Positions 37,985 to 47,651 of a stretch of DNA of 54,546 nt are shown piece after piece. Below the pieces are notes generated by a model. That model was not told the DNA's origin and did not search any database. It worked only from the letters and a program-made list of their open reading frames with translations. The translations under genes and the position numbers were made by a program. Positions within the stretch are counted from its first letter, which is position 1. Each line of letters opens with the position of its first letter. The stretch is from a virus (Duplodnaviria; Caudoviricetes), in the IMG/VR virus record IMGVR_UViG_3300032562_000035, positions 1-54,546 of that record; one strand, 5' to 3'.

Positions 37985-38878
37985 ATGGGGCAGAACGCGC
38001 AAGATCCAGGATCAGGGATGGCACAGGGGGCACAGGCTGGCTCTTCCATGGGTCCGTGGGGTGCCGCCATTGGTGGTGTAGCCGGTCTCTTTGGAGGAAT
38101 CAGTAACGCGAATAAGGCTGACGATGCTAAGTTTGCCCAGATCCAGGCCCTCCAGGCAGACCAGATTAAGCGAGATCAGTTCGCTTCCCAGGAAAAAAAT
38201 GCCTTCGACCCGATGCGGCAGAGATTACTGGACGAGGCTGCCAACCCGAACCCTCTGAACTATGGGCCGATGGCGGGTGCGATCAACCAGAACTACGATG
38301 CCGCCCAACGGAACTCGGCTACCCAGATGGCGCAGCGGGGGATGACTGGGAGCGGCCTCCAGGGTGGGCAGATCCAGGGCCTTGAGATGGGCCGTGCGGG
38401 TGCCCTCGCCGGGGCCTTCCAGACGGGGCTACAGGCTCGCCAGAACCTCGGGATGAATCTCTTGCAGCACTACAACCCCCTGGGCAACGCGCAGCTTCAG
38501 GTGGGTGCCTTGCCCCAGCAAGTGCAGAACGGTGAGTTCCAGCAGCAACTGGCGACCAACCAGGCCAACAACGCCTTCGCTGCGGCAGGGAAGGGATTGG
38601 GTGCGCTGGAGACCATGTGGTCGAAACCCAACCCGAATTCGGCAAAGATGCAGCAACTACAGGGTCAGATGCCGACCTCAATGCCCCAAATCCAGAATTC
38701 AGGGATGGCCCCTGACCAAGTTCAGATGATGGGTGGGATTGGCACCCCTTCTGGGTTTACTGCAGACACCACTGGGATGATCGGCCTTGGGATGGGGGAT
38801 GGTTCCTTCCAGATGCCGCCCATGGGATCTGATCTTACAGCCGGAACTGACTTCACGGGTGGAGGGTTCTTCGGATGA
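37985..38878 (+). CDS. DNA ejection / internal virion protein (P22 gp7-like position)
   Basis: GPWGAAIGGVAGLFGG, AQRGMTGSG; Gln/Gly-rich. Confidence 0.7.
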   Translation: MGQNAQDPGSGMAQGAQAGSSMGPWGAAIGGVAGLFGGISNANKADDAKFAQIQALQADQIKRDQFASQEKNAFDPMRQRLLDEAANPNPLNYGPMAGAINQNYDAAQRNSATQMAQRGMTGSGLQGGQIQGLEMGRAGALAGAFQTGLQARQNLGMNLLQHYNPLGNAQLQVGALPQQVQNGEFQQQLATNQANNAFAAAGKGLGALETMWSKPNPNSAKMQQLQGQMPTSMPQIQNSGMAPDQVQMMGGIGTPSGFTADTTGMIGLGMGDGSFQMPPMGSDLTAGTDFTGGGFFG

Positions 38879-40560
38879 GCGGCCTTTCTGGATTGAACCT
38901 GGGTGGCATCGCTACGATGGGTGCCGACATCGGGCAAGCGGCAGCCAATGCCCCTGACTTCTGGGCCAAGACCCAGATCGCCCAGGGACAGGCGCAGGGT
39001 CTGAACCTGGAGAACCAGCAGAAGCAGATGGAACTCCAGGGCAACCAAGCGCAGAATGCGGCACTTGCCAAGAATATGCAGGGGCTCAACCTCACGGGTG
39101 ATCCGCTGGCCGATATGGACCTGAAGGCTGAAGCCAAGTTGAAGACCGCCCAGGAACTTGCGGCACAGGGGCAGGGGGATAAGGCCACCGCCATGCTTGG
39201 GGAAGTGGCGAAGGATAAACAGGCCAAGCAAGGGATGATCTATAGCCGCTTGGCCCAGGCATCGCTACTGAACGATGCCGATGCCATCCAGAAGATCGTC
39301 ACCGACCATCTCGGGCACAAGGATGTAGCGAAGGTGGCCCTGGATGAGGGCGGGGAGAACTGGAAATATCTGGACAAGAATGGGGACACCTTGGCGGTTG
39401 TCCCCAAGAAGCCGATGGACCGGCTTGACTGGACCCCCGCAGAACATGCAACGGAATTGACTCGAATGGGGGTTGCCAATGTGGCCGCTCAGAGCAGGGT
39501 GGACGTTGCCCAGAAGAATTTCGAGGCCAGGACCAAGGTAGCCGAACTCATGTCTGCCAAGGCCCAGTCCGACATCGGTAGGATTCGTGCTGACGAGGCC
39601 AAGGGAGTCGAGAACGGTGGCATCTCCCATGCTGATGCGGAAGCGAGGATCAAGAAACTGCTAGAGCCACACGCCACTGTTGGTGGCGCAGCGGGGGGGA
39701 TGTTCATGCCCCCTGCCGGTTCTTCCCCGGGCAGTGTTTTCGAACCTGATCCGATGCGACCGTGGAGGCAGCATCCTTCCTTCCAGGCCCTGGTGCGCGA
39801 TCCGAAGATGGCAGAGATGGCGAATGCCGTTGACATGTATCTCAACGGGGATGCCCAGATCCAGGCCGGTCGGGCATCTGCCCATGACAAGGCGGTAATG
39901 GCTTGGGCACACCAGATCGACCCCAATGCAAATCAGGGAGACTATGGACGCAAGCAGAGGGTCCTGCTTGACCATGGCGGCGAGATTGAAGCTGGCAACA
40001 CCACAATGAAGCACTTGAATGACTTCGTGAACAAGTACAACCAGCTTGATTCCCAGACACAATCGAGGCTTGCCAACACCAAGATCAATGATTGGGAAAC
40101 GGCCTTCAAAAACAACGAAAATTCCAAGATCATTTCGGAACTCAAGGCAATCAACCTGTCCCTGTCCAACGAATATGGGGATGCCCTGGGAGCCAGCAAG
40201 AACGTGGTCGGGGATGTCAAGCGGGAAGAAGTATTCGACCCTGCCCAGCCTCCCAAGAATATCGAGGGTCGGGTCCAGGCTGTGGCTACCCTGTTGCTGC
40301 GCCGGTTGAACTCCAAGGAGAACATGATCACTCTTGGCAATCCGAACCGCATCCCCATCTCCCTGGTGAACCCTGGGGTGGCCGACATCTTCGACCGGTT
40401 CGGGGCGCATTACTACCCCGGGGGGAGGCCCAATGCCCCCACCCCCAAGCAGACGCTCCCCAACCCCGAAGGCCCCACTGCTGCCCCCAAGGAATCCCCC
40501 GCTCCGACCGGGAAAGAGGCGAAGGCTGTTGCCAACCGGTGGCTTTCTGAACAGAAATAG
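38875..40560 (+). CDS. DNA ejection / internal virion protein
   Basis: Helical Q/A-rich 561 aa in the ejection position. Confidence 0.6.
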   Translation: MSGLSGLNLGGIATMGADIGQAAANAPDFWAKTQIAQGQAQGLNLENQQKQMELQGNQAQNAALAKNMQGLNLTGDPLADMDLKAEAKLKTAQELAAQGQGDKATAMLGEVAKDKQAKQGMIYSRLAQASLLNDADAIQKIVTDHLGHKDVAKVALDEGGENWKYLDKNGDTLAVVPKKPMDRLDWTPAEHATELTRMGVANVAAQSRVDVAQKNFEARTKVAELMSAKAQSDIGRIRADEAKGVENGGISHADAEARIKKLLEPHATVGGAAGGMFMPPAGSSPGSVFEPDPMRPWRQHPSFQALVRDPKMAEMANAVDMYLNGDAQIQAGRASAHDKAVMAWAHQIDPNANQGDYGRKQRVLLDHGGEIEAGNTTMKHLNDFVNKYNQLDSQTQSRLANTKINDWETAFKNNENSKIISELKAINLSLSNEYGDALGASKNVVGDVKREEVFDPAQPPKNIEGRVQAVATLLLRRLNSKENMITLGNPNRIPISLVNPGVADIFDRFGAHYYPGGRPNAPTPKQTLPNPEGPTAAPKESPAPTGKEAKAVANRWLSEQK

Positions 40561-40568
40561 AGGTCGCA

Positions 40569-43295
40569 ATGGCTTGGGACGATAAGGCAGTTTCCAGTTT
40601 CCTGGACCTCCCTGACGAGGCCCAGGGGCACGTTGCCAAGGCCCTCCAGTCCCAGGACCAGAAGCAGGGCACCACTCGCTTCTCGGACCTTGTGGCAGCC
40701 TACAAGGACTTCAACAAGAGAACGCTCGCCTCCAAGGAGATGGGCCCCATCCAGGGATCTCCTGGGGGTATCGGTGGAGCTACCCCCCCCGTTCAGCCTG
40801 GGGTCGCTGGGGCACCGTCCTACTATGGAGGGTCAACCCCTGACCCTGATCAACTTCGGGTTCAGGGTTCGACCACCTTCGGGGGTGGTGCCGCCCCTGA
40901 CCCGGAGAAGCCATTTGTCGCGCAGCATCCGTCCACGGAAGAAGCTATCAGAACCTACTCAGGGCCTGGCGGGACGCTCGGACGCATCGGCCTCAACCTG
41001 AACTCTGGCCTGGAGAACACGGCAATCAAACTGAAGAGTGCCGGGGAATGGGCAGAGGACAAACTCGGGTTCCCTGGCAACCCCGAAGAGAACGCCAAGA
41101 ATAAGGAATACCGTGAAAAGAGGCTGGAAGCCGGGGAACTGAACGAAAAATCCATGACCGGTGGTGGGCTGGTTCAGTCGGCTGTCCCCATGGCTCTGTC
41201 TGAGGCGTTCACGGGACCGCTTGGAGCAGAGGCGGGTATCGGAGCGAGGACGCTACGGGCTGGCAATGTCGGCGCGAAGATGGCATTGCTCAGTGCTCAC
41301 TCCGCAGACTTCGACCCTGTTCGGTTCATGGCAGAGGGACCCATTGGCTGGGGCCTTGGCGCAGCGGGTCACCTCATCCTGAATGAGGCGGGGGGAGCCA
41401 TCGGCAGCAAACTGTTGGACAAACTGTCAACCACGGCTTGGGGCCAGAAATATCTTGGGTTGGTCCCGAAGGTGGCAGAGAAGTATGGCGGCGAAGCCAC
41501 TGCCCACTACGCTGATGATCTCCCTCCCGATGCCCCGCTGACGGTTGCCCAACGGAGCGGTAACCCGAAGTTGGTGTCGAATGAGGGCAAACTCGCTCAG
41601 ACCAACGAAAAGATGATGGCTCATCGGCTTGAAGAGAATAAGTATGGAACCGATGCTGCGGCGAAGGCTGTCACCGACCTAAAGAAGGTCGCTGACGAGG
41701 CTGGGTGGGACAACCTGGATGACATTCTGAAGGCTTCGGCAAGTGGTGGACCCAGAAAAGCGAAGGCAGACTTCTTCCTTGGGCTGATCCACAACATGTC
41801 GGATTCCGGGGGGAAGGGGACCTCCGACTACTGGAACATGGCGAAGGCGAATGGCGGTCTTCAACTGGTTTTCAATAAACTGGTGGGGGATGCCAAGGCC
41901 GACACCGTGATGGCAATCGCCAACCCCTTGGGCAAGGTGGCACCAACGGAGTTGGAGAGTGTCCTGGCTCGGGAGACCGCCGCTCTGAAAGGGAATACCG
42001 GGGCTCCCGCTGGCGGTCTTGCCTACCTTGAGAAGATTAAGAATGGTATTGAGGGCACTCACGCCCCTGGCGGGATGCGTCCAACGGGTCCGCTCCCCGC
42101 TGGCTATGGTGCCCCGACCCCCGAAGCCCCGGTTGATCCTCTCCACCTACAGCATGGCAATCCGGTAGTCACTCATGGGGATAACCCTTTCGCCCCGCCG
42201 ACTCAGGAACCAGTTGACCCGCTCCATCTACAGCATCCATCTGAAGTCAAGCCGGGGCATCAGGTAGATCCCCGTGCCCTTGACCCGATGGCAAACTTCG
42301 ACCCCAAGACCGGCTATGCCGCCCCCAAAGCAGAGACTCCTGCGGCTGCCCCGGGCCAGGCCCCTATCCAGGGTGCCTATATCGCTCCCCAGCAGAACTT
42401 CTCCTGGGGCGGGATGCGCCAACTCCGGTCATCCATCCAGGCTCGGATCTCAGCCATCATGGAGGGGAAACTCGCCACCACTTCAGACGAGTTGGCACCA
42501 CTCCAAAGGACGGTGGATGCCATCACCAAGGACATGAACGACTTCGCAGAGGCACACCCGGAGTCCGGTCTCAAGGAAGCCAATGCGGATCTCAATCTCC
42601 ACCACGCTACGAAGGTGGCCCCCTACAAGAACCCGTTGCTTGGGCAAGCCCTCGCTGATAGCAACCCCCAGGCGTTCATCGACCTGATGGTCGGAAGCAA
42701 CGCCACCGCCCAGAGGGACATGCTGAAGTTGGTGGGGGACAAGGGGACCAAGGCGATCCAGGCCGGATGGCTTGATAGCGCAGTGAGGGCAGGAGGTAAA
42801 ACCCAGAGGGGCGGCATGGGTTCCACCATGAGCCTGAAGGCTGTCGCTGATACCATCCAGGAAGCGGAGAACAGTGGCTCCCTGGATGCCATCTATCCCC
42901 GTGGTTCCCAGGCTCGCTCGGTCACGGGTGGGGTTCTGAAACTTCTCAGGACGCTGGACAGTTCCGATACCGTCCACTTCCAGGCGGCGGGGAATACCCC
43001 TGGTATCCCCACCAACGCAGGGGGAGTCCTTCACACGGCTGTCACCAAGGTCATGGACTGGATCAACGGGGAAAGGCTCTACAAGGCTTATACCGACCCA
43101 CAGATGAAGATGCTCATGATCAGGGCCAACTCTCTGGACCCGAAGTCGAAGGCGTTCCTGGACATCGCCTCTCGCCAGTTGCCCAAGCTGGTAGCCAAAT
43201 ATGGGACGGACTACCTGCCTTCTTCACTGTCTTCCCCGGGCGGGGATACCGCTCCCAAGCAGCAGATCTTCGCTGAGGAAGGGGGCACCCAGTGA
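40569..43295 (+). CDS. Large DNA ejection / internal virion protein
   Basis: 908 aa, Gly/Ala-rich; internal duplication PVDPLHLQH. Confidence 0.6.
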   Translation: MAWDDKAVSSFLDLPDEAQGHVAKALQSQDQKQGTTRFSDLVAAYKDFNKRTLASKEMGPIQGSPGGIGGATPPVQPGVAGAPSYYGGSTPDPDQLRVQGSTTFGGGAAPDPEKPFVAQHPSTEEAIRTYSGPGGTLGRIGLNLNSGLENTAIKLKSAGEWAEDKLGFPGNPEENAKNKEYREKRLEAGELNEKSMTGGGLVQSAVPMALSEAFTGPLGAEAGIGARTLRAGNVGAKMALLSAHSADFDPVRFMAEGPIGWGLGAAGHLILNEAGGAIGSKLLDKLSTTAWGQKYLGLVPKVAEKYGGEATAHYADDLPPDAPLTVAQRSGNPKLVSNEGKLAQTNEKMMAHRLEENKYGTDAAAKAVTDLKKVADEAGWDNLDDILKASASGGPRKAKADFFLGLIHNMSDSGGKGTSDYWNMAKANGGLQLVFNKLVGDAKADTVMAIANPLGKVAPTELESVLARETAALKGNTGAPAGGLAYLEKIKNGIEGTHAPGGMRPTGPLPAGYGAPTPEAPVDPLHLQHGNPVVTHGDNPFAPPTQEPVDPLHLQHPSEVKPGHQVDPRALDPMANFDPKTGYAAPKAETPAAAPGQAPIQGAYIAPQQNFSWGGMRQLRSSIQARISAIMEGKLATTSDELAPLQRTVDAITKDMNDFAEAHPESGLKEANADLNLHHATKVAPYKNPLLGQALADSNPQAFIDLMVGSNATAQRDMLKLVGDKGTKAIQAGWLDSAVRAGGKTQRGGMGSTMSLKAVADTIQEAENSGSLDAIYPRGSQARSVTGGVLKLLRTLDSSDTVHFQAAGNTPGIPTNAGGVLHTAVTKVMDWINGERLYKAYTDPQMKMLMIRANSLDPKSKAFLDIASRQLPKLVAKYGTDYLPSSLSSPGGDTAPKQQIFAEEGGTQ

Positions 43296-43540
43296 GCATC
43301 TATCATCAGGTCGTTCACCAGCGTCATGCCCAGATCAAGGATACCTTCGACCAGAAGATGGCGAAGATCGACAAGTTGAAGGCCACCGCACCCACTGACG
43401 AAGAGGGTGCCACAGCGGCCAGGGCGCATCGACATAAACTGCGGGTTGAGGCAGCCAAGGAATACTGCGATGCCCGTCATACCCTCAACGATGTCTATGG
43501 CAAATATGCCGGGACAAACACCCACCAGGAGAAGAAATGA
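43292..43540 (+). CDS. Hypothetical protein
   Basis: GTGA/ATGA coupling on both sides. Confidence 0.65.
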   Translation: MSIYHQVVHQRHAQIKDTFDQKMAKIDKLKATAPTDEEGATAARAHRHKLRVEAAKEYCDARHTLNDVYGKYAGTNTHQEKK

Positions 43541-43836
43541 GCGTGTATGACCAGTTCGTGGCCCTGCGGAAGAACCAGTTCCGGCACTCTGCCAACAAGC
43601 AGTTGCTGGGTGCCAATGCCAAGCGACCCAAGCCGACCCCTGGAGCGAGTCCTGAGATGAATGATGTCCAGGTGGCCCAGAACCGTGACCTCAAGAAGAT
43701 GGCTGCCCAGGAATACGGGAAGAATATGAACGAACTGACCGGTGCCTACGGCGATTTCATGGATGGCAAGACGGAGAACCAGTCTGCCTCCGGTGGCTCG
43801 TCCAGGTCTCCCCAAGTCAAGACCCCCAAGTCGTAG
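43537..43836 (+). CDS. Hypothetical protein
   Basis: AGGAG RBS; coupled to the upstream gene. Confidence 0.65.
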   Translation: MSVYDQFVALRKNQFRHSANKQLLGANAKRPKPTPGASPEMNDVQVAQNRDLKKMAAQEYGKNMNELTGAYGDFMDGKTENQSASGGSSRSPQVKTPKS

Positions 43837-43843
43837 GTGCATC

Positions 43844-44032
43844 ATGCCGCTGAAACCTGGCCGAAGCAAGAAGACCCGTGAAGAGAACATCGAAGAAGCT
43901 GCCCACTCCGCTAAGGCTTCGGGCAAGTTCGGCAACCAGAAGGGGTCGATCAAGAAGTTGATGCCCTCCATCTTGGCGGCAGCCTACAAGAAGTCAGGGG
44001 AGAGCAAGACTCCCCCCAAGCGCAAGAAGTGA
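43844..44032 (+). CDS. Small basic protein (MPLKxGxSxK...NI type)
   Basis: MPLKPGRSKKTREENIEE...AAAYKKSG. Confidence 0.65.
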   Translation: MPLKPGRSKKTREENIEEAAHSAKASGKFGNQKGSIKKLMPSILAAAYKKSGESKTPPKRKK

Positions 44033-44355
44033 TTATGGACAACTGTGAGAAGGCATCCACCTGTGGGAATCGGATACGACCGGCAGCCAAGAAGGCCCTG
44101 GTGGAACTTGGCATCCACTCTGCCCTGAACCTGATCCTGTTTATCTGCGGGATCATGCTCGGGGTGTCCTTCCATTCGGCGGCACAAACGCATAAGATGG
44201 AAGTGTTGGAGGCAGACAGGGATCACTGGAGACAGTCGTATGCGGAGTTACACCTTCAGGCACAGAGTATTCAGGACCACTTCGACAAAATCAACGAAGA
44301 ACACAACTTGGTCCTGATAAGGATCGAAGCCGCGATTAAGGGGCAAAAGAAATGA
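44029..44355 (+). CDS. Membrane protein with a coiled coil (lysis region)
   Basis: One hydrophobic helix followed by a coiled coil. Confidence 0.6.
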   Translation: MIMDNCEKASTCGNRIRPAAKKALVELGIHSALNLILFICGIMLGVSFHSAAQTHKMEVLEADRDHWRQSYAELHLQAQSIQDHFDKINEEHNLVLIRIEAAIKGQKK

Positions 44356-44684
44356 TCCTGGACAACCCCGACACGATCTACGCTCTTGGTTTCAAGGAAG
44401 CCCTCTCTGTTGGTGGTTTGGTCGTTGTAGCCATGCTGGCCGGGTTCGGCGGGATGCTGCAATGGTTCGTCAAGGCCAAGTTGACCGACCTCGCCGCCTC
44501 CATCAAGGAACTCCAGGACGGTCAGGACGAGACCAATGCGCGGCTACGCGATGATGTGACTGCCATGAAGACCGAAGCCTTCGAGTTCAAACTTTACGCA
44601 GAGCGGGAGTTCGCCAAGAAGGCATCACTTGAGCGGGTGCATGAGCGTCTGAACGATGTCCTGAACGCAGTGAACAGCAAATAG
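44352..44684 (+). CDS. Holin/antiholin-like membrane protein
   Basis: N-terminal TM helix plus coiled coil, directly upstream of the endolysin. Confidence 0.55.
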   Translation: MILDNPDTIYALGFKEALSVGGLVVVAMLAGFGGMLQWFVKAKLTDLAASIKELQDGQDETNARLRDDVTAMKTEAFEFKLYAEREFAKKASLERVHERLNDVLNAVNSK

Positions 44685-44692
44685 GAGAGACC

Positions 44693-45220
44693 ATGCTTTA
44701 TTTCGTGCAGACCGGAGGCTTCTACCACGGCCCCGACAATGCCACCCCTGGCGATCTGGCCCTGATCTCTGACAAGGGCTGGGCTGGCCGGTTCTCGGGC
44801 AAGGGCAACCCCAAGCTTGAATCTGCCCATGGCATCGGGCCTCTCCCCTGCGCGTACTACACGCTCGACAGTTGGGAAGAGAACCACCTTAAACTCGGCA
44901 AGATGGTCGCTCACTTGACCCCTGACCCAGGTTCGCAGATGTGGGGTCGGGATGGCTTCTACATCCATGGGCCTTCCAATGATCCTTCGGAATACGGGAA
45001 TGAGTCGATGGGATGCATCGTGGAACCCCATCCCCAGCGTCAGGCGATCAAGGACACTGGAGATATGCGTCTACGGGTGATCTCTTGCATGGATGATCTC
45101 CTGCCGAAGCCGGAACCAGTTTCTGAACCCGACCCCATCCCTGAACCTGAACCGATCCCCGAAGTCCCCGTGGTTGAGCCTGAACCAGTGGTGGATGAGG
45201 GTGGACCCGTATCTGCTTGA
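44693..45220 (+). CDS. Endolysin candidate, Tlde1/DUF2778 L,D-transpeptidase-fold domain
   Basis: FSGKG, GPLP..YY, LTP, GRDGFYIHG...SMGCI catalytic His/Cys; Pro-Glu tail. Confidence 0.82.
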   Translation: MLYFVQTGGFYHGPDNATPGDLALISDKGWAGRFSGKGNPKLESAHGIGPLPCAYYTLDSWEENHLKLGKMVAHLTPDPGSQMWGRDGFYIHGPSNDPSEYGNESMGCIVEPHPQRQAIKDTGDMRLRVISCMDDLLPKPEPVSEPDPIPEPEPIPEVPVVEPEPVVDEGGPVSA

Positions 45221-45243
45221 TCCCTACTGGGAGGACCCCTACG

Positions 45244-45486
45244 ATGTCGAACTTCCTGATGGCACTCCAGACGATCCTTCGGAATACCTTTACCGGGAAA
45301 GACAACAAGACCCATGACATCGGAGCGATCTCATGGGGCGTGTCTGCCGCTGCGATCATTGGCCTTGCTGCCTGGCAGACGGGGCACCATACGCATGTTG
45401 CGGTGACCGATCTAGCCTATGCCCTTACTGCGATCTCGGCTGGGCACGGCCTAGCCATGGGGGCCAAGGCCAATACCCAGCCGTAA
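45244..45486 (+). CDS. Holin
   Basis: GGAGG RBS; two TM helices; FTGKDNKTHDIG; follows the endolysin. Confidence 0.65.
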   Translation: MSNFLMALQTILRNTFTGKDNKTHDIGAISWGVSAAAIIGLAAWQTGHHTHVAVTDLAYALTAISAGHGLAMGAKANTQP

Positions 45487-45487
45487 T

Positions 45488-45760
45488 TCACTTGGGGTTG
45501 AGGGCGGCGCTGGCGATGCAATGGCTGCACCACTCGCTGGTCTGGTCGGGGTGGGTGTCGCGGCAGGTAGTGCCCTCGTAGAGGGTTTCGCAGGCTCCCT
45601 CGCGCCGGATCCGCTCCAGGGCCTCGCGGTAACGGTCCAGCAGGGCCATAGGGTCAGTCCCCTCGGAAACCCCTCGGTTGGTGTAGGCATCGAGCATCCG
45701 GCGTTTCTCAGCCTCCAGTTCCGCGACCCGCAATTTCAAAGCATCGGTTATTGGCCTCAT
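45488..45760 (-). CDS. Array gene: coiled coil plus CxxC protein
   Basis: TGTCCA then GGGAGG RBS; LRVAELE...CSHC..ALNPK. Confidence 0.7.
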   Translation of the reverse strand: MRPITDALKLRVAELEAEKRRMLDAYTNRGVSEGTDPMALLDRYREALERIRREGACETLYEGTTCRDTHPDQTSEWCSHCIASAALNPK

Positions 45761-45782
45761 GGATGCCTCCCGCATCTGGACA

Positions 45783-45983
45783 TTATTCGGGGGTGATGGC
45801 GATGGTAGATCGGTTTATTTCGATGCGAGTGACCCTCCACGGTTCATGGACCTGGGCAGCGAATTTCATCGCCTCATCTTCGGTCATAAATTCCATGTAG
45901 CGTTCCCACCCGCCAAACCGAAAACCCCATACTTCGTATTGATTCCAGGTGGTTCTGGGGGCGAAGTTGGTTATGGCATCCAC
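45783..45983 (-). CDS. Array gene: hypothetical
   Basis: TGTCCA-GGAG then GTG; stop followed directly by TGTCCA. Confidence 0.7.
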   Translation of the reverse strand: MDAITNFAPRTTWNQYEVWGFRFGGWERYMEFMTEDEAMKFAAQVHEPWRVTRIEINRSTIAITPE

Positions 45984-46100
45984 GGCAATCTCCTGGACAA
46001 CTTCAGTTGTTGTAGTGGCGGCAACCCTGGCAGTATGGACATGATTGTTTTTGGTTTGAAAATCGACAGGTCGCGGGGATGTGTCGATCTCCTGGACAGG

Positions 46101-46235
46101 CTACGCAGCCTGGATGCGATTAATGAGGTAGTAGCCCTGCGACCAGGGGAGGCGCAGGATGCTGGCAACCTCGGCGGGGCTGTTGACCAAGGTCATGGGC
46201 GGGAACCCGTTGGGGCACTCAATGATTTCCCACAT
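46101..46235 (-). CDS. Array gene: 44-aa peptide (not in ORF track)
   Basis: TGTCAA-ctGGAGG RBS; MWEIIECPNGFPPMTLVNSPAEVASILRLPWSQGYYLINRIQAA. Confidence 0.6.
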   Translation of the reverse strand: MWEIIECPNGFPPMTLVNSPAEVASILRLPWSQGYYLINRIQAA

Positions 46236-46311
46236 GGTTCCTCCAGTTGACAAGTGAAGCGGGTGGGATTGCGTTCCACGTTTAAAGCCGCTTGGCTCCC
46301 GCAGATGGACA

Positions 46312-46587
46312 TTACGGGTTGAGGGCTCTACGGGCAGCGCACCAGACGCAACCCGTCTTATGGGGCTCGAAGTAGGCCATGGATTCCTTGTGGCGGTCGG
46401 GTTCAGCGGTGAGCATGTCGTTCAACCGCGCCTCCAGTTCCGATACCCTGGCGGTCAGGGTGGAATTGTCCCGGTGCATGGTCTGGATGATGGCATCCAG
46501 TTCCGCGACCCTGGCGCGGAGTTCAGCGTTGTCCACGAAGGCAGTTGCCTGGAGGCGCGTGACGGATTCAGGGAAAAGGGTTGCCAT
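46312..46587 (-). CDS. Array gene: coiled coil plus CxxC protein, related to 45488-45760
   Basis: LRARVAELD...RVSELE...CVWC..ALNP. Confidence 0.7.
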   Translation of the reverse strand: MATLFPESVTRLQATAFVDNAELRARVAELDAIIQTMHRDNSTLTARVSELEARLNDMLTAEPDRHKESMAYFEPHKTGCVWCAARRALNP

Positions 46588-46605
46588 ACCTGCTCCTGGA
46601 CAACT

Positions 46606-46950
46606 TCAGTTGGGGATGATTTCTCGCCCACACTCAACGGGTTGGCATGAAATGAAGCGCACCGGCAGGTTCGCGGTGTGGGGAAGGCGTTCCGCATACC
46701 AAGCGAGGTAGGCGGTTAGGTCTTCCCGGCTAGGCGCGTCCTTCTTATCCAGCCACCAGTAGTAGGGGACGGATGGGCGAACCCGATGGGCCGTGAGCAT
46801 CCACCTCCCATAGCCGAAGGTGCGAGCCTCCCAGCAGGGCGGGTAGACCTTCCGGTTCCGCCCTGCCTTCTTGGGCTTCTGGGTGGGAGGGTCAACCCGG
46901 CGCTGAGTTGAGACGGATGGGAGGCCCTCGCCTCTCCAGTCTTTTGACAT
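46606..46950 (-). CDS. Array gene: hypothetical
   Basis: TGTCCA-GGAG before MSKDWR. Confidence 0.7.
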   Translation of the reverse strand: MSKDWRGEGLPSVSTQRRVDPPTQKPKKAGRNRKVYPPCWEARTFGYGRWMLTAHRVRPSVPYYWWLDKKDAPSREDLTAYLAWYAERLPHTANLPVRFISCQPVECGREIIPN

Positions 46951-46970
46951 GAGCATCTCCTGGACAGGCG

Positions 46971-47147
46971 CTACGGAAGGATGGAGGTCAGCATTCGGAG
47001 CGTGTCGGCGCACTCGCGCTTGCCCTGGCGAATGCCTTCCGCGATGTTATTACCTCGCTGCGCCTCGGGCGACCCGTCCTCACAGACGGGGTTGGCGGCA
47101 TCGTTGTCCCAGCGTTTTGCCAGTTCAAGCAGGATTTCGTTTTTCAT
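46971..47147 (-). CDS. Array gene: hypothetical (58 aa)
   Basis: TGTCCA-GAAAGGA before MKNEILLELAKRW. Confidence 0.7.
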   Translation of the reverse strand: MKNEILLELAKRWDNDAANPVCEDGSPEAQRGNNIAEGIRQGKRECADTLRMLTSILP

Positions 47148-47166
47148 GGTGGTCCTTTCTGGACAT

Positions 47167-47382
47167 TCACTTCTTGGTTTCAAAGGCTTGGGGGAATTCG
47201 GCACGGAGAACGGCAACCCGATCTCGCGCCCGTTCACGCTCCAGGGCATCCATGCGATACCAGCAGTCAGCCATTTCTTCGGATATGGCGTCCTCCTCGG
47301 CTTCGGTGATGGTCCCGGCGACTCGACCAGAGATCAGTTTCTTCTCCAGTCTCCGGTGGCTTTCTTCATCAGCCCACGACAT
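47167..47382 (-). CDS. Array gene: hypothetical (71 aa)
   Basis: TGTCCA-GAAAGG before MSWADEES. Confidence 0.7.
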   Translation of the reverse strand: MSWADEESHRRLEKKLISGRVAGTITEAEEDAISEEMADCWYRMDALERERARDRVAVLRAEFPQAFETKK

Positions 47383-47404
47383 AGGTTCACCTTTCTGGAC
47401 AAGA

Positions 47405-47632
47405 TCAAGCGTTGGGGTTTGCGGTCTGCCACTTCTCAAAGAGGGCGACCACTTGAGGACGTTCATACCAGTCGTGCATGGGCTTCTGGCAATCCTTGTC
47501 GTGGTAGAAGGACGGCCCCAGGTAGGAGTGCCACTCCATCCAAACGCCCCGGCCCAAGTGGTGGACCGGGGACCAACAGATGAAACCAACCCGGCGCTTG
47601 CCGCAAAAGTCGAGGATGGGGGAGCAGGGCAT
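47405..47632 (-). CDS. Array gene: hypothetical (75 aa)
   Basis: TGTCCA-GGAG before MPCSPI; MEWHSYLGPSF. Confidence 0.7.
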   Translation of the reverse strand: MPCSPILDFCGKRRVGFICWSPVHHLGRGVWMEWHSYLGPSFYHDKDCQKPMHDWYERPQVVALFEKWQTANPNA

Positions 47633-47651
47633 CGTGGCTCCTGGACAGGTG

